A stretch of DNA of 64,000 nt from a virus. The DNA lies in the IMG/VR virus record IMGVR_UViG_3300021357_000002, positions 6,979 through 70,978 of that record. One strand, 5' to 3'. Below, in pieces: positions 8,781 to 16,617 of this stretch. Numbering within the stretch: position 1 is the first letter of the stretch; each line of letters starts with the position of its first letter. Below the pieces are notes generated by a model. That model had not been told where the DNA came from. It did not search any database and saw only the letters and a list, made by a program, of their open reading frames with translations. The position numbers and the translations under genes were made by a program.

Positions 8781-9704
8781 TTAATCCTCAATAGGTACGA
8801 TTTCTTTATCAGCTAATTCAAGAATAGCTTTACGATAGGTATTTCCTTGATAGGAGACATGATACCCCTGACAGTAAGTACGACCTCTTTTGTCATACTT
8901 ATGGGTCAGATAGAATCTGTTTCCTTCATTGATGAGCATTGCAAATACACGCATAGATTCCTTTTCCATTTTCAGGAATGAATCAACTCGTGCTTTATAC
9001 TCATCAGCAGATTCATCAGCTTTAGCACTATCCAGATGCTTACGGTTATCCCTAATATTACGAATTACACGGTCATCCAGAGAGAAAGCTACTGAGTTAA
9101 ATCTGTTGATATTATCCAGACAGATATCAAACTCATGATGATTCTTTTTCAGAATCAGGGAATCCCATTTGATAGACAGATACCCACTACCAGTATTTGA
9201 TTTAACTGGTTCAGGAGGAACAAGCATAGGAGGTAGATATTGATACTGGTTAATCAGTTCCAATGTCTTTGGTTCAAGCTGTATACGAGATATCAGTTCC
9301 ATAGAGCCTGTAACGCTCATAGAGGCTGGAATCAGGTCAATGAGGTCTACCATAGCTGCTAATGAGATAAGCTCCCCAGCAGTTCTTATAGCCTCTTTCT
9401 GAGGCATAGTAGAAATCATTCCAGATACCATACCTACTATCTGGGTATACTTAGCCTTACCAAATTGAGCCAATGAACCAGCAACATCAATGTAGAAGTC
9501 TTCTAGGATGTTGGTATCCAACAATGCTAGACGTTTGTTCTTACTCTCGAAGTAATCACCTTCTAACCATTCTAGTGCTTTATCTACAGCAGCACTAACT
9601 AACTCCATAACTTCAGGTGAAGTTCTAATTTCATTTCTGATTAGGTCACGAGACTGATGACGGTTGAACATAGATTCAATCAGGAGTTGAGTTTCTTGTT
9701 TCAT
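8781..9704 (-). CDS. RNA polymerase II subunit 1 (N4 gp15-like)
   Basis: LPPMLVPP, FYLTHKYDKRGRTYCQGYHVSYQG (DxRGR motif). Confidence 0.92.
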   Translation of the reverse strand: MKQETQLLIESMFNRHQSRDLIRNEIRTSPEVMELVSAAVDKALEWLEGDYFESKNKRLALLDTNILEDFYIDVAGSLAQFGKAKYTQIVGMVSGMISTMPQKEAIRTAGELISLAAMVDLIDLIPASMSVTGSMELISRIQLEPKTLELINQYQYLPPMLVPPEPVKSNTGSGYLSIKWDSLILKKNHHEFDICLDNINRFNSVAFSLDDRVIRNIRDNRKHLDSAKADESADEYKARVDSFLKMEKESMRVFAMLINEGNRFYLTHKYDKRGRTYCQGYHVSYQGNTYRKAILELADKEIVPIED

Positions 9705-9906
9705 GGTTCATGACTTCCAATGTTTTATGGATTTGAGTGACAAATAATTCTTTGTCAGAATTTAAATAATGTGGATTGCCCATTGGACAATTACTGCAAA
9801 GTACATCAGGACATATAATTAAGTCACATATGTACTCTTTTGGAGCGTAGTCTTTGCGTTCAGGTAAATTATATATACTATTTAAAATAGTAATTAATTT
9901 ATCCAT
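9676..9906 (-). CDS. small Cys4 paralog family member
   Basis: MDKLITIL...C-DLII-C-PDVL-C-SN-C-PM. Confidence 0.65.
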   Translation of the reverse strand: MDKLITILNSIYNLPERKDYAPKEYICDLIICPDVLCSNCPMGNPHYLNSDKELFVTQIHKTLEVMNHETRNSTPD

Positions 9907-10102
9907 TCAATTTCTCCAATACAGTAAATAACTGATTAGGGAAATTTCTTTCAGGGTAATTTACATATGTACTGCTGGATAATGGACAGAGTGTGCATGT
10001 TGAAATTTCAGCACATTTAAGACCAATATGGCACTGGCATAAAGTAAACTTTCCCTCTGAGAGGAGTAATTCTTTAAATATTATTATTAATTGGTTACCC
10101 AT
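9899..10102 (-). CDS. small Cys4 paralog family member
   Basis: Start MGNQLIIIF at 10102; C-Q-C...C-AEIST-C-TL-C-PL...YP. Confidence 0.65.
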   Translation of the reverse strand: MGNQLIIIFKELLLSEGKFTLCQCHIGLKCAEISTCTLCPLSSSTYVNYPERNFPNQLFTVLEKLNG

Positions 10103-10109
10103 ACTCACC

Positions 10110-10613
10110 TCAATAGGTGCAGACGATAAACCTGTCATCTAACAGAGGTTCAATAACCTTCTTTACATGGCTCCAGTTAAGTTCTCCAGCACCACATCCA
10201 ACACGAGGTAATAAGACTCTTTGCCAACCATATTGGTTAGCTAGTGCTACTAATTGCTGACATGAACGTACAATCAAATCGATGTTTGCTTTACATGCCC
10301 ATCCCGGAACTGTTGTACCTACAGGGAAGAACTTATGTTTAACAAAGTTCTCACCATTACTGATTTCAGTTATTGGTTTAACAGGGAAGGATACAATTCC
10401 AATGTTGTTATAATTTAGTAAGAAATGAACATTGTTACCTTCACGAGCAATCTTCTGTCCAAGGATTTTATCTAATCCAGGAATAGTTACTCGCATCTGC
10501 TTAGCAATACCTGCACCCATTACTGATGCACCATTACTTTTAACAAATCCATTGGCAGTAATGCACAATGCATCACATTCCATCTCAAGCATATTACCAC
10601 GAGCTTCTAACAT
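10110..10613 (-). CDS. macrodomain-like (ADP-ribose binding/hydrolase) protein
   Basis: DALCITANGFVKSNGASVMGAGIAKQ, IVSFPVK, VLLPRVGCGAGELNW. Confidence 0.75.
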   Translation of the reverse strand: MLEARGNMLEMECDALCITANGFVKSNGASVMGAGIAKQMRVTIPGLDKILGQKIAREGNNVHFLLNYNNIGIVSFPVKPITEISNGENFVKHKFFPVGTTVPGWACKANIDLIVRSCQQLVALANQYGWQRVLLPRVGCGAGELNWSHVKKVIEPLLDDRFIVCTY

Positions 10614-10638
10614 ATTTACCTCTGAGTTTATATTCTAC

Positions 10639-10658
10639 CCAACACAGCCGAAGGCTGT
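10639..10658 (-). promoter_or_regulatory. N4 vRNAP-type hairpin promoter
   Basis: Template (+) strand CC-9nt-GAA: CC AAC ACAGCC GAA GGCTGT. Confidence 0.75.
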
Positions 10659-10679
10659 AGAGCGGAGCGACAAGGAAAA

Positions 10680-10922
10680 CTAAATACGTTGAATAAGTCT
10701 TTCCAATTTAAGAGTGTAGAAGTTTTCTAATCTTTTGCTTCTAGAGAAATAACAGTTATTGCAATCCGTTGGATTGCCACTGATATAAGAAGTACATATC
10801 CTTCTAAATCTTAGTGCTCTACACAATTCAGGTTTTGAATCTATAAAAGATAATCCTGAATATCCTGTATGTTCTACTCTATGACATAGAGATTCTATTA
10901 TTGTTAGTAATTCTCTATTCAT
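10680..10922 (-). CDS. small Cys4 paralog family member
   Basis: MNRELLTII...C...C...C-NN-C-YF. Confidence 0.7.
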   Translation of the reverse strand: MNRELLTIIESLCHRVEHTGYSGLSFIDSKPELCRALRFRRICTSYISGNPTDCNNCYFSRSKRLENFYTLKLERLIQRI

Positions 10923-11094
10923 TAATTACTCCCCTTAAACTATCTAAGGCAAATAAGTAATCAGGTTCATGAAACAAAGGACAGTTGTTACAACTCACAT
11001 CATAACACTTCTTACTCTGACATATTTTCACACAGTAATTTCTTAATCTACTGTCATTCATATACATCAGTATTTCTATTAAATGCTGTTGCAT
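10915..11094 (-). CDS. small Cys4 paralog family member (59 aa, not in ORF track)
   Basis: MQQHLIEILMYMNDSRLRNYCVKICQSKKCYDVSCNNCPLFHEPDYLFALDSLRGVINE*; overlaps both neighbours. Confidence 0.65.
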   Translation of the reverse strand: MQQHLIEILMYMNDSRLRNYCVKICQSKKCYDVSCNNCPLFHEPDYLFALDSLRGVINE

Positions 11095-11264
11095 AATATT
11101 CTCTCACCCATTTTCATTACATAGTCTATATAATACTTTTCAGTATACGTAGGACATAGAATACAGTGCTCACAGGTTACCCAAGAACAACTAATATCAT
11201 AATTGGTACAATGTACTTTGTTATTTCTTAAGAGTGAGAGAATAAGTATTAACTCTTGGTTCAT
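11079..11264 (-). CDS. small Cys4 paralog family member
   Basis: MNQELILIL...C...C-SWVT-C-EH-C-IL. Confidence 0.7.
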   Translation of the reverse strand: MNQELILILSLLRNNKVHCTNYDISCSWVTCEHCILCPTYTEKYYIDYVMKMGERILCNSI

Positions 11265-11272
11265 TACTTCTC

Positions 11273-11503
11273 CTAGAAGGGAAGTGAATTTCCCAATACA
11301 ACACTGAAGATTGCATCACGTAGTGTTTTAAAATAACGAGTACCTACGTAATACATTTTCTTTTTACCGATAGGTCGCTTAAGAATGTAAGCAGAGATGC
11401 CATTAATATGGACTCCCCATAACTGTTCTTGACGACTATAAGTTACTATATAGTCAGGAACATTACCTAATTTAACTTCTACTGGTTTAGCTTTCTTTGA
11501 CAT
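11273..11503 (-). CDS. hypothetical basic protein
   Basis: 76-aa ORF with GAGGA RBS. Confidence 0.7.
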   Translation of the reverse strand: MSKKAKPVEVKLGNVPDYIVTYSRQEQLWGVHINGISAYILKRPIGKKKMYYVGTRYFKTLRDAIFSVVLGNSLPF

Positions 11504-11576
11504 AATGATATCCTCTTGGATTGAAGTACAACTATCTAACGAGACATTAATATTGGACTACCAATATTGATAGCCC

Positions 11577-11774
11577 TTAGATAACTTTGAGTATTTGGAT
11601 TATATATTTTCTTCCAGAATATGTTTTAGGTGGGAAAACACATTTACTACAGAATGTAGTATCTTCAGATATTCTTAATGAACATCTTCTATCTTTTCTC
11701 TTAGACCTAAGTAATATACATATATTACCTAATGTATTTAACTGTCTAAGTATAAAGATTAAATCTTCATTCAT
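11577..11774 (-). CDS. small Cys4 paralog family member
   Basis: Start MNEDLIFIL at 11774 (ATGA overlap); C...C...C-SK-C-VF...YIIQI. Confidence 0.7.
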   Translation of the reverse strand: MNEDLIFILRQLNTLGNICILLRSKRKDRRCSLRISEDTTFCSKCVFPPKTYSGRKYIIQILKVI

Positions 11775-11983
11775 AATATTTTCCATGTCTGGATTATTTT
11801 ATGTGCATATTGAGTTGAATCTTTATATCCAAGTATACAATCAATACAGCTAATATATGTACATCGTTCAGGGTCTGCATCATAGATAACATCACATAAA
11901 GAATCAGTAGATGTATTAAATTCTAACTGTTTCCCTAATGTATTCTTAATAGAACTGAGAATTAAAATTAAATCACTGTTCAT
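11771..11983 (-). CDS. small Cys4 paralog family member
   Basis: MNSDLILIL...C...C-TYIS-C-ID-C-ILGY...YAHKIIQTW. Confidence 0.7.
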   Translation of the reverse strand: MNSDLILILSSIKNTLGKQLEFNTSTDSLCDVIYDADPERCTYISCIDCILGYKDSTQYAHKIIQTWKIL

Positions 11984-12182
11984 CTATCCACCTTGTTATT
12001 AACAATCTGGGGTATATTTGATTATTACGATATCCTAATAAACAGTCATTACATTCATTGGCATTACAATCAATAATCTTACATACAGCTACACATAATA
12101 AATCTGAATCTACTACCCATCCTCCTTTGAATCTACGAGAGTTCATTAAAGTATTTAATATAAATAGCAATTCATTATTCAT
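11973..12182 (-). CDS. small Cys4 paralog family member
   Basis: MNNELLFIL...C-VAV-C...C-NANE-C-ND-C-LLGY...YPRLLI. Confidence 0.7.
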   Translation of the reverse strand: MNNELLFILNTLMNSRRFKGGWVVDSDLLCVAVCKIIDCNANECNDCLLGYRNNQIYPRLLITRWIDEQ

Positions 12183-12375
12183 TTACCTTACCTTTCACTT
12201 CAATGATTTGAATTGGATAGTTAGAAATATATACTTTACTTGTATTAAATAGGCATTCACTACATGGAATATCATTACACATTCTATGTATCATTATGTG
12301 GTTACATACTTTATTTCTATTACCTAATTTGAGAACAACTATTAGTTCTAATATATCTATCAAATCTCCATTCAT
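12175..12375 (-). CDS. small Cys4 paralog family member
   Basis: MNGDLIDIL...C...C-NDIP-C-SE-C-LF...YPIQII. Confidence 0.7.
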   Translation of the reverse strand: MNGDLIDILELIVVLKLGNRNKVCNHIMIHRMCNDIPCSECLFNTSKVYISNYPIQIIEVKGKVNE

Positions 12376-12405
12376 TGACTATCTACCTTAAACGTAATAT
12401 AGCCC

Positions 12406-12570
12406 TCAATTAGAGGGCTTAGCTTTAATCACATTGTATAGCCACAATGGAATACCTAACACTACTCCAATAGCAGCACATATCAGAAACCATGCAGCAC
12501 CTAATGCGAAGCATATTAATTCAAAGAGCACACGGAGTGTGACAACTACTAATACGATTATGAAGTTCAT
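12406..12570 (-). CDS. small membrane protein (54 aa, not in ORF track)
   Basis: MNFIIVLVVVTLRVLFELICFALGAAWFLICAAIGVVLGIPLWLYNVIKAKPSN*; overlaps the upstream stop. Confidence 0.6.
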   Translation of the reverse strand: MNFIIVLVVVTLRVLFELICFALGAAWFLICAAIGVVLGIPLWLYNVIKAKPSN

Positions 12571-12749
12571 TTGATTACCTTACATGAGTCATGAGTTAGT
12601 TGAATTAAACTACGAGGAATGCCATGAGATATCTTCTCTTTCACACATTCCATCTGTTGTTGATATTGCACTGCATCTTCTTCAAGTACATCTAGACAGA
12701 GCTTACCCAGCACCACTAGGAACAGTAGAAACACTGCTAATACCCGCAT
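12567..12749 (-). CDS. membrane-anchored small protein
   Basis: Start MRVLAVFLLFLVVLG after a GGAGG RBS. Confidence 0.65.
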   Translation of the reverse strand: MRVLAVFLLFLVVLGKLCLDVLEEDAVQYQQQMECVKEKISHGIPRSLIQLTHDSCKVIK

Positions 12750-12759
12750 ACATACCTCC

Positions 12760-12788
12760 AAAAAATAAGGGATACCCGAAGGTATCCC
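12760..12788 (-). terminator. intrinsic terminator (UUCG loop)
   Basis: GGGATACC-TTCG-GGTATCCC-TTATTTTT. Confidence 0.8.
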
Positions 12789-12797
12789 ATTATTCGA

Positions 12798-13214
12798 TTA
12801 GCTCAATGCAGCCAGAATCTGAGCCATTGCATTGTTGCTGGCCTGATGTTCTTCCTGAGCCTTACGGCGATACAGTTGAACACTGAGCTTAGGCATCTCT
12901 GTACCAGTACCAGCATCCAGAGCTTCACCCATTTTGACCAGAGCTTTCAGAAGCTCATTACGAGCAGCAGCCTGCTCATTCCACTGTTGGTTATTACCAC
13001 GAATCACCAGTTCATTCATGGTATCCAACGGCAGGCCGAAAGGCAGAGACAGGAAGGTATCAACCATTTCACCTTCTTCGTTAGGCATCTGTACGTTGAT
13101 ACCAACGTTGATAAATACTTCAGCCTGTGGACGTTGTGCACCAGCAGCAGGTTTACCACCCAGAGCAGCACCGATGATAGAAGAAGCGTTGTTAGAACCG
13201 TTTATTACTGCCAT
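12798..13214 (-). CDS. N4 gp2/Drc-like ssDNA-binding RNAP II activator
   Basis: RPQAEVFINVG...FLSLPFGLPLDT...ARNELL...VQLYRR matches the N4 gp2 pattern as recalled; early position. Confidence 0.8.
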   Translation of the reverse strand: MAVINGSNNASSIIGAALGGKPAAGAQRPQAEVFINVGINVQMPNEEGEMVDTFLSLPFGLPLDTMNELVIRGNNQQWNEQAAARNELLKALVKMGEALDAGTGTEMPKLSVQLYRRKAQEEHQASNNAMAQILAALS

Positions 13215-13250
13215 GATAATTACCTCGATAGTTAATTGAATTGGATTATT

Positions 13251-13270
13251 CCACCAGCGACGAAGTCGCT
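13251..13270 (-). promoter_or_regulatory. N4 vRNAP-type hairpin promoter
   Basis: CC ACC AGCGAC GAA GTCGCT. Confidence 0.8.
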
Positions 13271-13302
13271 CTTACAGGAGAAGGAGAACTTAAGGGAGAA
13301 CT

Positions 13303-13323
13303 CCACCACCGTCGAAGACGGTG
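13303..13323 (-). promoter_or_regulatory. N4 vRNAP-type hairpin promoter
   Basis: CC AC CACCGTC GAA GACGGTG. Confidence 0.8.
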
Positions 13324-13333
13324 ATGAAGATGA

Positions 13334-13486
13334 TTAGTTTTCACACTTACTGACAGCTACACTGAGATTGTTTACTGCATACTCCAGAAACTGCTTAGTA
13401 ATTTCACTACCACTAGTAGTTTCTACCTGAGCTTTAGCTGCACGTAACTCAATGAGTAACTGAGTTAACATATCTTTGTTTGTCAT
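13334..13486 (-). CDS. small hypothetical protein (50 aa, not in ORF track)
   Basis: MTNKDMLTQLLIELRAAKAQVETTSGSEITKQFLEYAVNNLSVAVSKCEN*; ATGA overlap. Confidence 0.6.
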   Translation of the reverse strand: MTNKDMLTQLLIELRAAKAQVETTSGSEITKQFLEYAVNNLSVAVSKCEN

Positions 13487-13623
13487 TGGTTCACCCACGG
13501 ATGGTTAAAAGTAACGATACGACGAACAGGAGCTTTAACATCAACTACACATTGATTTAGTTCCTTAGCTCTACGCTTGATAACATCAGCTTTAGTACCT
13601 ACATGAATATTCTTACGCATCAT
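13483..13623 (-). CDS. small basic hypothetical protein
   Basis: Start MMRKNIHVG after a GAGGAG RBS (track start 13710 unlikely). Confidence 0.55.
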   Translation of the reverse strand: MMRKNIHVGTKADVIKRRAKELNQCVVDVKAPVRRIVTFNHPWVNQ

Positions 13624-13715
13624 TATTCTCCTCTTGTTACTGCTAGATATACAACCAGACCACCAACAATAGCTCCGAACATACTTGGTACAATCTCTGC
13701 TAACCACCATTCCAT

Positions 13716-14117
13716 TTAGTTCACCTTTGGTATTAAGTTAATTAACTGTTCAGCCATAGATTCGCATTCATTGACGCAATACTCTTCGTCACGCCATGTA
13801 CCGTCCATATACATGAAGCATTGTTCCATGCTTGTGCCTTTGAACTTCTCTGGGCATTTCTGTTTATCACCTGCATGAGCACAGTCAAAGCCGATGACCT
13901 GCTTACCATTAGCCCATTCAGGTTTACCTTGATAAGTAATACCGCCATGTACTGATATATCTACAGTATCTTCATCCCAGCCATAGAAGTCTAAGTGACC
14001 AATGGCTTCAGGTACTTCTACATAACCACAATGATGTGAACCATCATTTACTAGAAGCACACATGCATTCAGACCAGCTTTGGTTACCCATGATTTAACG
14101 ACTTTGAACTTGTTCAT
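13716..14117 (-). CDS. conserved phage protein (HHCGYV...VHGGITY...GFDCAH motif)
   Basis: Motif set seen in many phage early proteins. Confidence 0.75.
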   Translation of the reverse strand: MNKFKVVKSWVTKAGLNACVLLVNDGSHHCGYVEVPEAIGHLDFYGWDEDTVDISVHGGITYQGKPEWANGKQVIGFDCAHAGDKQKCPEKFKGTSMEQCFMYMDGTWRDEEYCVNECESMAEQLINLIPKVN

Positions 14118-14320
14118 TTGTTGATATCCTTGATGAGTTTACGAATCTGTTTACGAGTTGGTTTAGCTACGAATGAATGGTCATAGTGTTTGCCTCTACC
14201 ATCCCTAAATGACACTTGCCAACGTCTACCATATGAGATGTTAGAACCCCACGGCATAAGTATTCTGATGAGTTTCTCTGAGTTATAACGCTTAGCAACA
14301 ACAGTTAATTTAATAGACAT
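14114..14320 (-). CDS. hypothetical basic protein
   Basis: Coupled ORF, PTRKQIRKL C-terminus. Confidence 0.65.
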   Translation of the reverse strand: MSIKLTVVAKRYNSEKLIRILMPWGSNISYGRRWQVSFRDGRGKHYDHSFVAKPTRKQIRKLIKDINK

Positions 14321-14322
14321 AC

Positions 14323-14520
14323 TTAACTCCCGATACGTTGAGATGAGCCATCAAGATTTCTAATGAACTCATTAAGTTCACGTCTTGCTTTGGCTTCATT
14401 AATTTTTACTTGATGTTTTTCTTCAGGCATAAGTGAACCTGACCAGCTATCTTCAACAGATGCTTTTGTATAATTCCTGATTAATTTTTTAAGTTGAGCA
14501 GATTCTTCTTTAGTAATCAT
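14323..14520 (-). CDS. hypothetical protein
   Basis: Start MITKEE after an AGGAG RBS. Confidence 0.65.
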   Translation of the reverse strand: MITKEESAQLKKLIRNYTKASVEDSWSGSLMPEEKHQVKINEAKARRELNEFIRNLDGSSQRIGS

Positions 14521-14596
14521 AATAACTCTCCTGAACACCTAGATAATCTCTAGGTGCTCTATAGTATGTTTATTGGAATTGAGGGATATTAGGTTA

Positions 14597-14908
14597 TTAG
14601 TTTGAATACTCTTGGATTAGACGGACTAGTACATCTCCATGACATGGTTTAGGTTTGCAGAAGCAACCTAATCTCTTACCTTTAAGCTCAAGTAGTTGAA
14701 GATATAAATCAGGTTCTTGATGCAGTCTTGCACGTATGTATTGCTCATACATTGCAATGCATAGTTCTCTGCCATGTTCTTGAACTGTATAAGGATTTCC
14801 CCATAGACTACCTCTACCGATATATACATCGTATGGTTCCTTATACTTGTTGACTACTACTGTTTGAGGTTCTTGATTAGAACCAATGATTGAATGAATG
14901 ATAGCCAT
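14597..14908 (-). CDS. DUF4326 family protein
   Basis: VVVNKYKEPYDVYIGRGSLWGNPY...LKGKRLGCFCKPKPCHGDVL; start moved downstream of the promoter. Confidence 0.85.
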   Translation of the reverse strand: MAIIHSIIGSNQEPQTVVVNKYKEPYDVYIGRGSLWGNPYTVQEHGRELCIAMYEQYIRARLHQEPDLYLQLLELKGKRLGCFCKPKPCHGDVLVRLIQEYSN

Positions 14909-14931
14909 GTGAATTCTCTCTTTTGCTCTAC

Positions 14932-14950
14932 CCATTACTCACGAAGTGAG
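14932..14950 (-). promoter_or_regulatory. N4 vRNAP-type hairpin promoter
   Basis: CC ATTA CTCAC GAA GTGAG. Confidence 0.75.
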
Positions 14951-15146
14951 AGTCTTACGTAGTAAGGTATGTATAGCTTACGTAATACCCCCAGATTGAG
15001 TTTAAATAACTCAAGGTATGTTACCCTATGTCTTATCCTCTACTCTTCTCCTAGAGCTTCCTAGGCCTATTCTCGAAGGTGTATATACAAGTACTGTATT
15101 TATATACATACTATCTATCATATGTGTAATGTGTGAATTAGATTTT

Positions 15147-15168
15147 AAAACCTACTCCGAAGAGTAGG
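15147..15168 (-). terminator. intrinsic terminator (UUCG loop)
   Basis: CCTACTC-TTCG-GAGTAGG-TTTT. Confidence 0.7.
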
Positions 15169-15176
15169 CTTAGTGA

Positions 15177-15518
15177 TTATTTCTTGTTACCCAGATGCTT
15201 AGCAACCAGTGCATCGAATACTGCTTTAACTTCAGGTGATGCATCCTTCATGGATTTCTCTGCTTCTGCATGTACTTCTGCTACTTCTTTAGCAGCTTCC
15301 ATAACATATTTAGTACGGAAGATTTCACCCTCTACCTCACGTTTGATTTGACGGTGATGACGAAGGTTCTCGATTTCATCATTGCCCCATTCAGTAACAG
15401 CTACAGCCATGTTGGCAGTATTGGCTACAGCTACTGCACCACGTTCAATAGCATTGAGAGCAGATACAGTTGAAGAAGATACAGCACCGAAGATACCGAT
15501 AGAGTTAACAGGTTTCAT
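15177..15518 (-). CDS. first early gene, N4 gp1-like position and size
   Basis: 113-aa helical protein directly after the leftmost vRNAP promoter. Confidence 0.55.
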   Translation of the reverse strand: MKPVNSIGIFGAVSSSTVSALNAIERGAVAVANTANMAVAVTEWGNDEIENLRHHRQIKREVEGEIFRTKYVMEAAKEVAEVHAEAEKSMKDASPEVKAVFDALVAKHLGNKK

Positions 15519-15557
15519 AACATACTCCTAATCATGATTAAGTAGAGCACCATTGCT

Positions 15558-15576
15558 CCACTAGAGTCGAAGACTC
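15558..15576 (-). promoter_or_regulatory. N4 vRNAP-type hairpin promoter (first early promoter)
   Basis: CC ACTA GAGTC GAA GACTC. Confidence 0.8.
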
Positions 15577-15784
15577 ATGGATGTGTGAAGTATGGGGGGG
15601 GGTATTAGGATTAATAAAAGATTGTGTGCAGTAATACTACTATCAGACATAACTATAATTTTTTCAGTAACCCTCTGAAAAAATAATATTAATGTTGTAC
15701 GTAATTATTAAAAATTCTCTAACCCTTTAAAAAATAATAAATAGTATTAAGTACTGTATTAAATTACATATTGACAGTAGTTAG

Positions 15785-16027
15785 TTAATCTTTATTATAT
15801 CTTTTACTATAATTCTTATCTAACTTGTTGTTGATAAGTACTCTGATTATGTAGTCTTTAGTAGATTCTATTCCCCTGTCTATACCATTCTTGTAATCCT
15901 TGTTAGAAGAGTTAGATTCAAAGGTAATGTTACTAATGCATCTAATAATCTTACGTTTGTAGTTAACTCTTGATGTAATCCAACCAAAGATAAAACCAAG
16001 AGAAGAGAGTATAATGATTTCGTTCAT
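15785..16027 (-). CDS. membrane-anchored hypothetical protein
   Basis: N-terminal hydrophobic segment, AGGA RBS. Confidence 0.65.
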   Translation of the reverse strand: MNEIIILSSLGFIFGWITSRVNYKRKIIRCISNITFESNSSNKDYKNGIDRGIESTKDYIIRVLINNKLDKNYSKRYNKD

Positions 16028-16143
16028 TGGATTGGTTCCTATGAATGTTATGAGGATTGGGAGATGAAATGGTTAGTGTTGGAGTTAGTTACTATTGGAT
16101 TGGTGTTGGTTTATGAATTGGGGTACAGATAGTACCCCTTTAT

Positions 16144-16386
16144 TCATTTACGGAGGAAGCCAAAGTACTCATAGATAAATGAGTTAGGAGTGCCATGTAT
16201 TACTCCAGAATCTAACAGAGGTTCTGCTCTCTTAGTCTTTCTAGTGCAATAATCTCTTCTGGCTAGGACCCAATCAACCTCAGTAGCTGTAAGCTCTCTG
16301 GATGATAATAGTTCTAACCATCGAGTAGCAGCCCTTCTCCAAAGCTTACGTTTCTCTAATGAGAGTGCAATTGGGTCATTTACCAT
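16144..16386 (-). CDS. hypothetical protein
   Basis: 80-aa ORF abutting the upstream stop. Confidence 0.6.
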   Translation of the reverse strand: MVNDPIALSLEKRKLWRRAATRWLELLSSRELTATEVDWVLARRDYCTRKTKRAEPLLDSGVIHGTPNSFIYEYFGFLRK

Positions 16387-16617
16387 TTAGAACTCCGATA
16401 AATCTTTTGAGGAACTAGGGTCTATGTCTATTTCTTGAATAGAGCATTGTTGTTCCTCACCATAAAGTTCTCTGAAAGAATCAGCAAGAGATGAAACAGG
16501 ATTAGCTGTAGGACCACCAGTAGCATGAATAATATCTGCTTCGCTATCAGGGTCATCTCTTCTTAGTAAGATTCCTTCAGACTTCTGTTCATTCCATACT
16601 ATGTAATATCCAGCCAT
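16387..16617 (-). CDS. hypothetical acidic protein
   Basis: 76-aa ORF with GGAG RBS. Confidence 0.65.
   Translation of the reverse strand: MAGYYIVWNEQKSEGILLRRDDPDSEADIIHATGGPTANPVSSLADSFRELYGEEQQCSIQEIDIDPSSSKDLSEF

Larger units (their letters stand above)
14983..15607. repeat. candidate collapsed direct terminal repeat / genome end region
   Basis: Bounded by inverted TAATACCCCC (14983-14992) and GGGGGTATTA (15598-15607); contains the first early promoter and first early gene. Inference only. Confidence 0.4.

Noticed and set aside
14954-14966. CTTAC-GTA-GTAAG triloop hairpin as a sixth early promoter
   Set aside because: It lacks the CC start at the 9-nt spacing.
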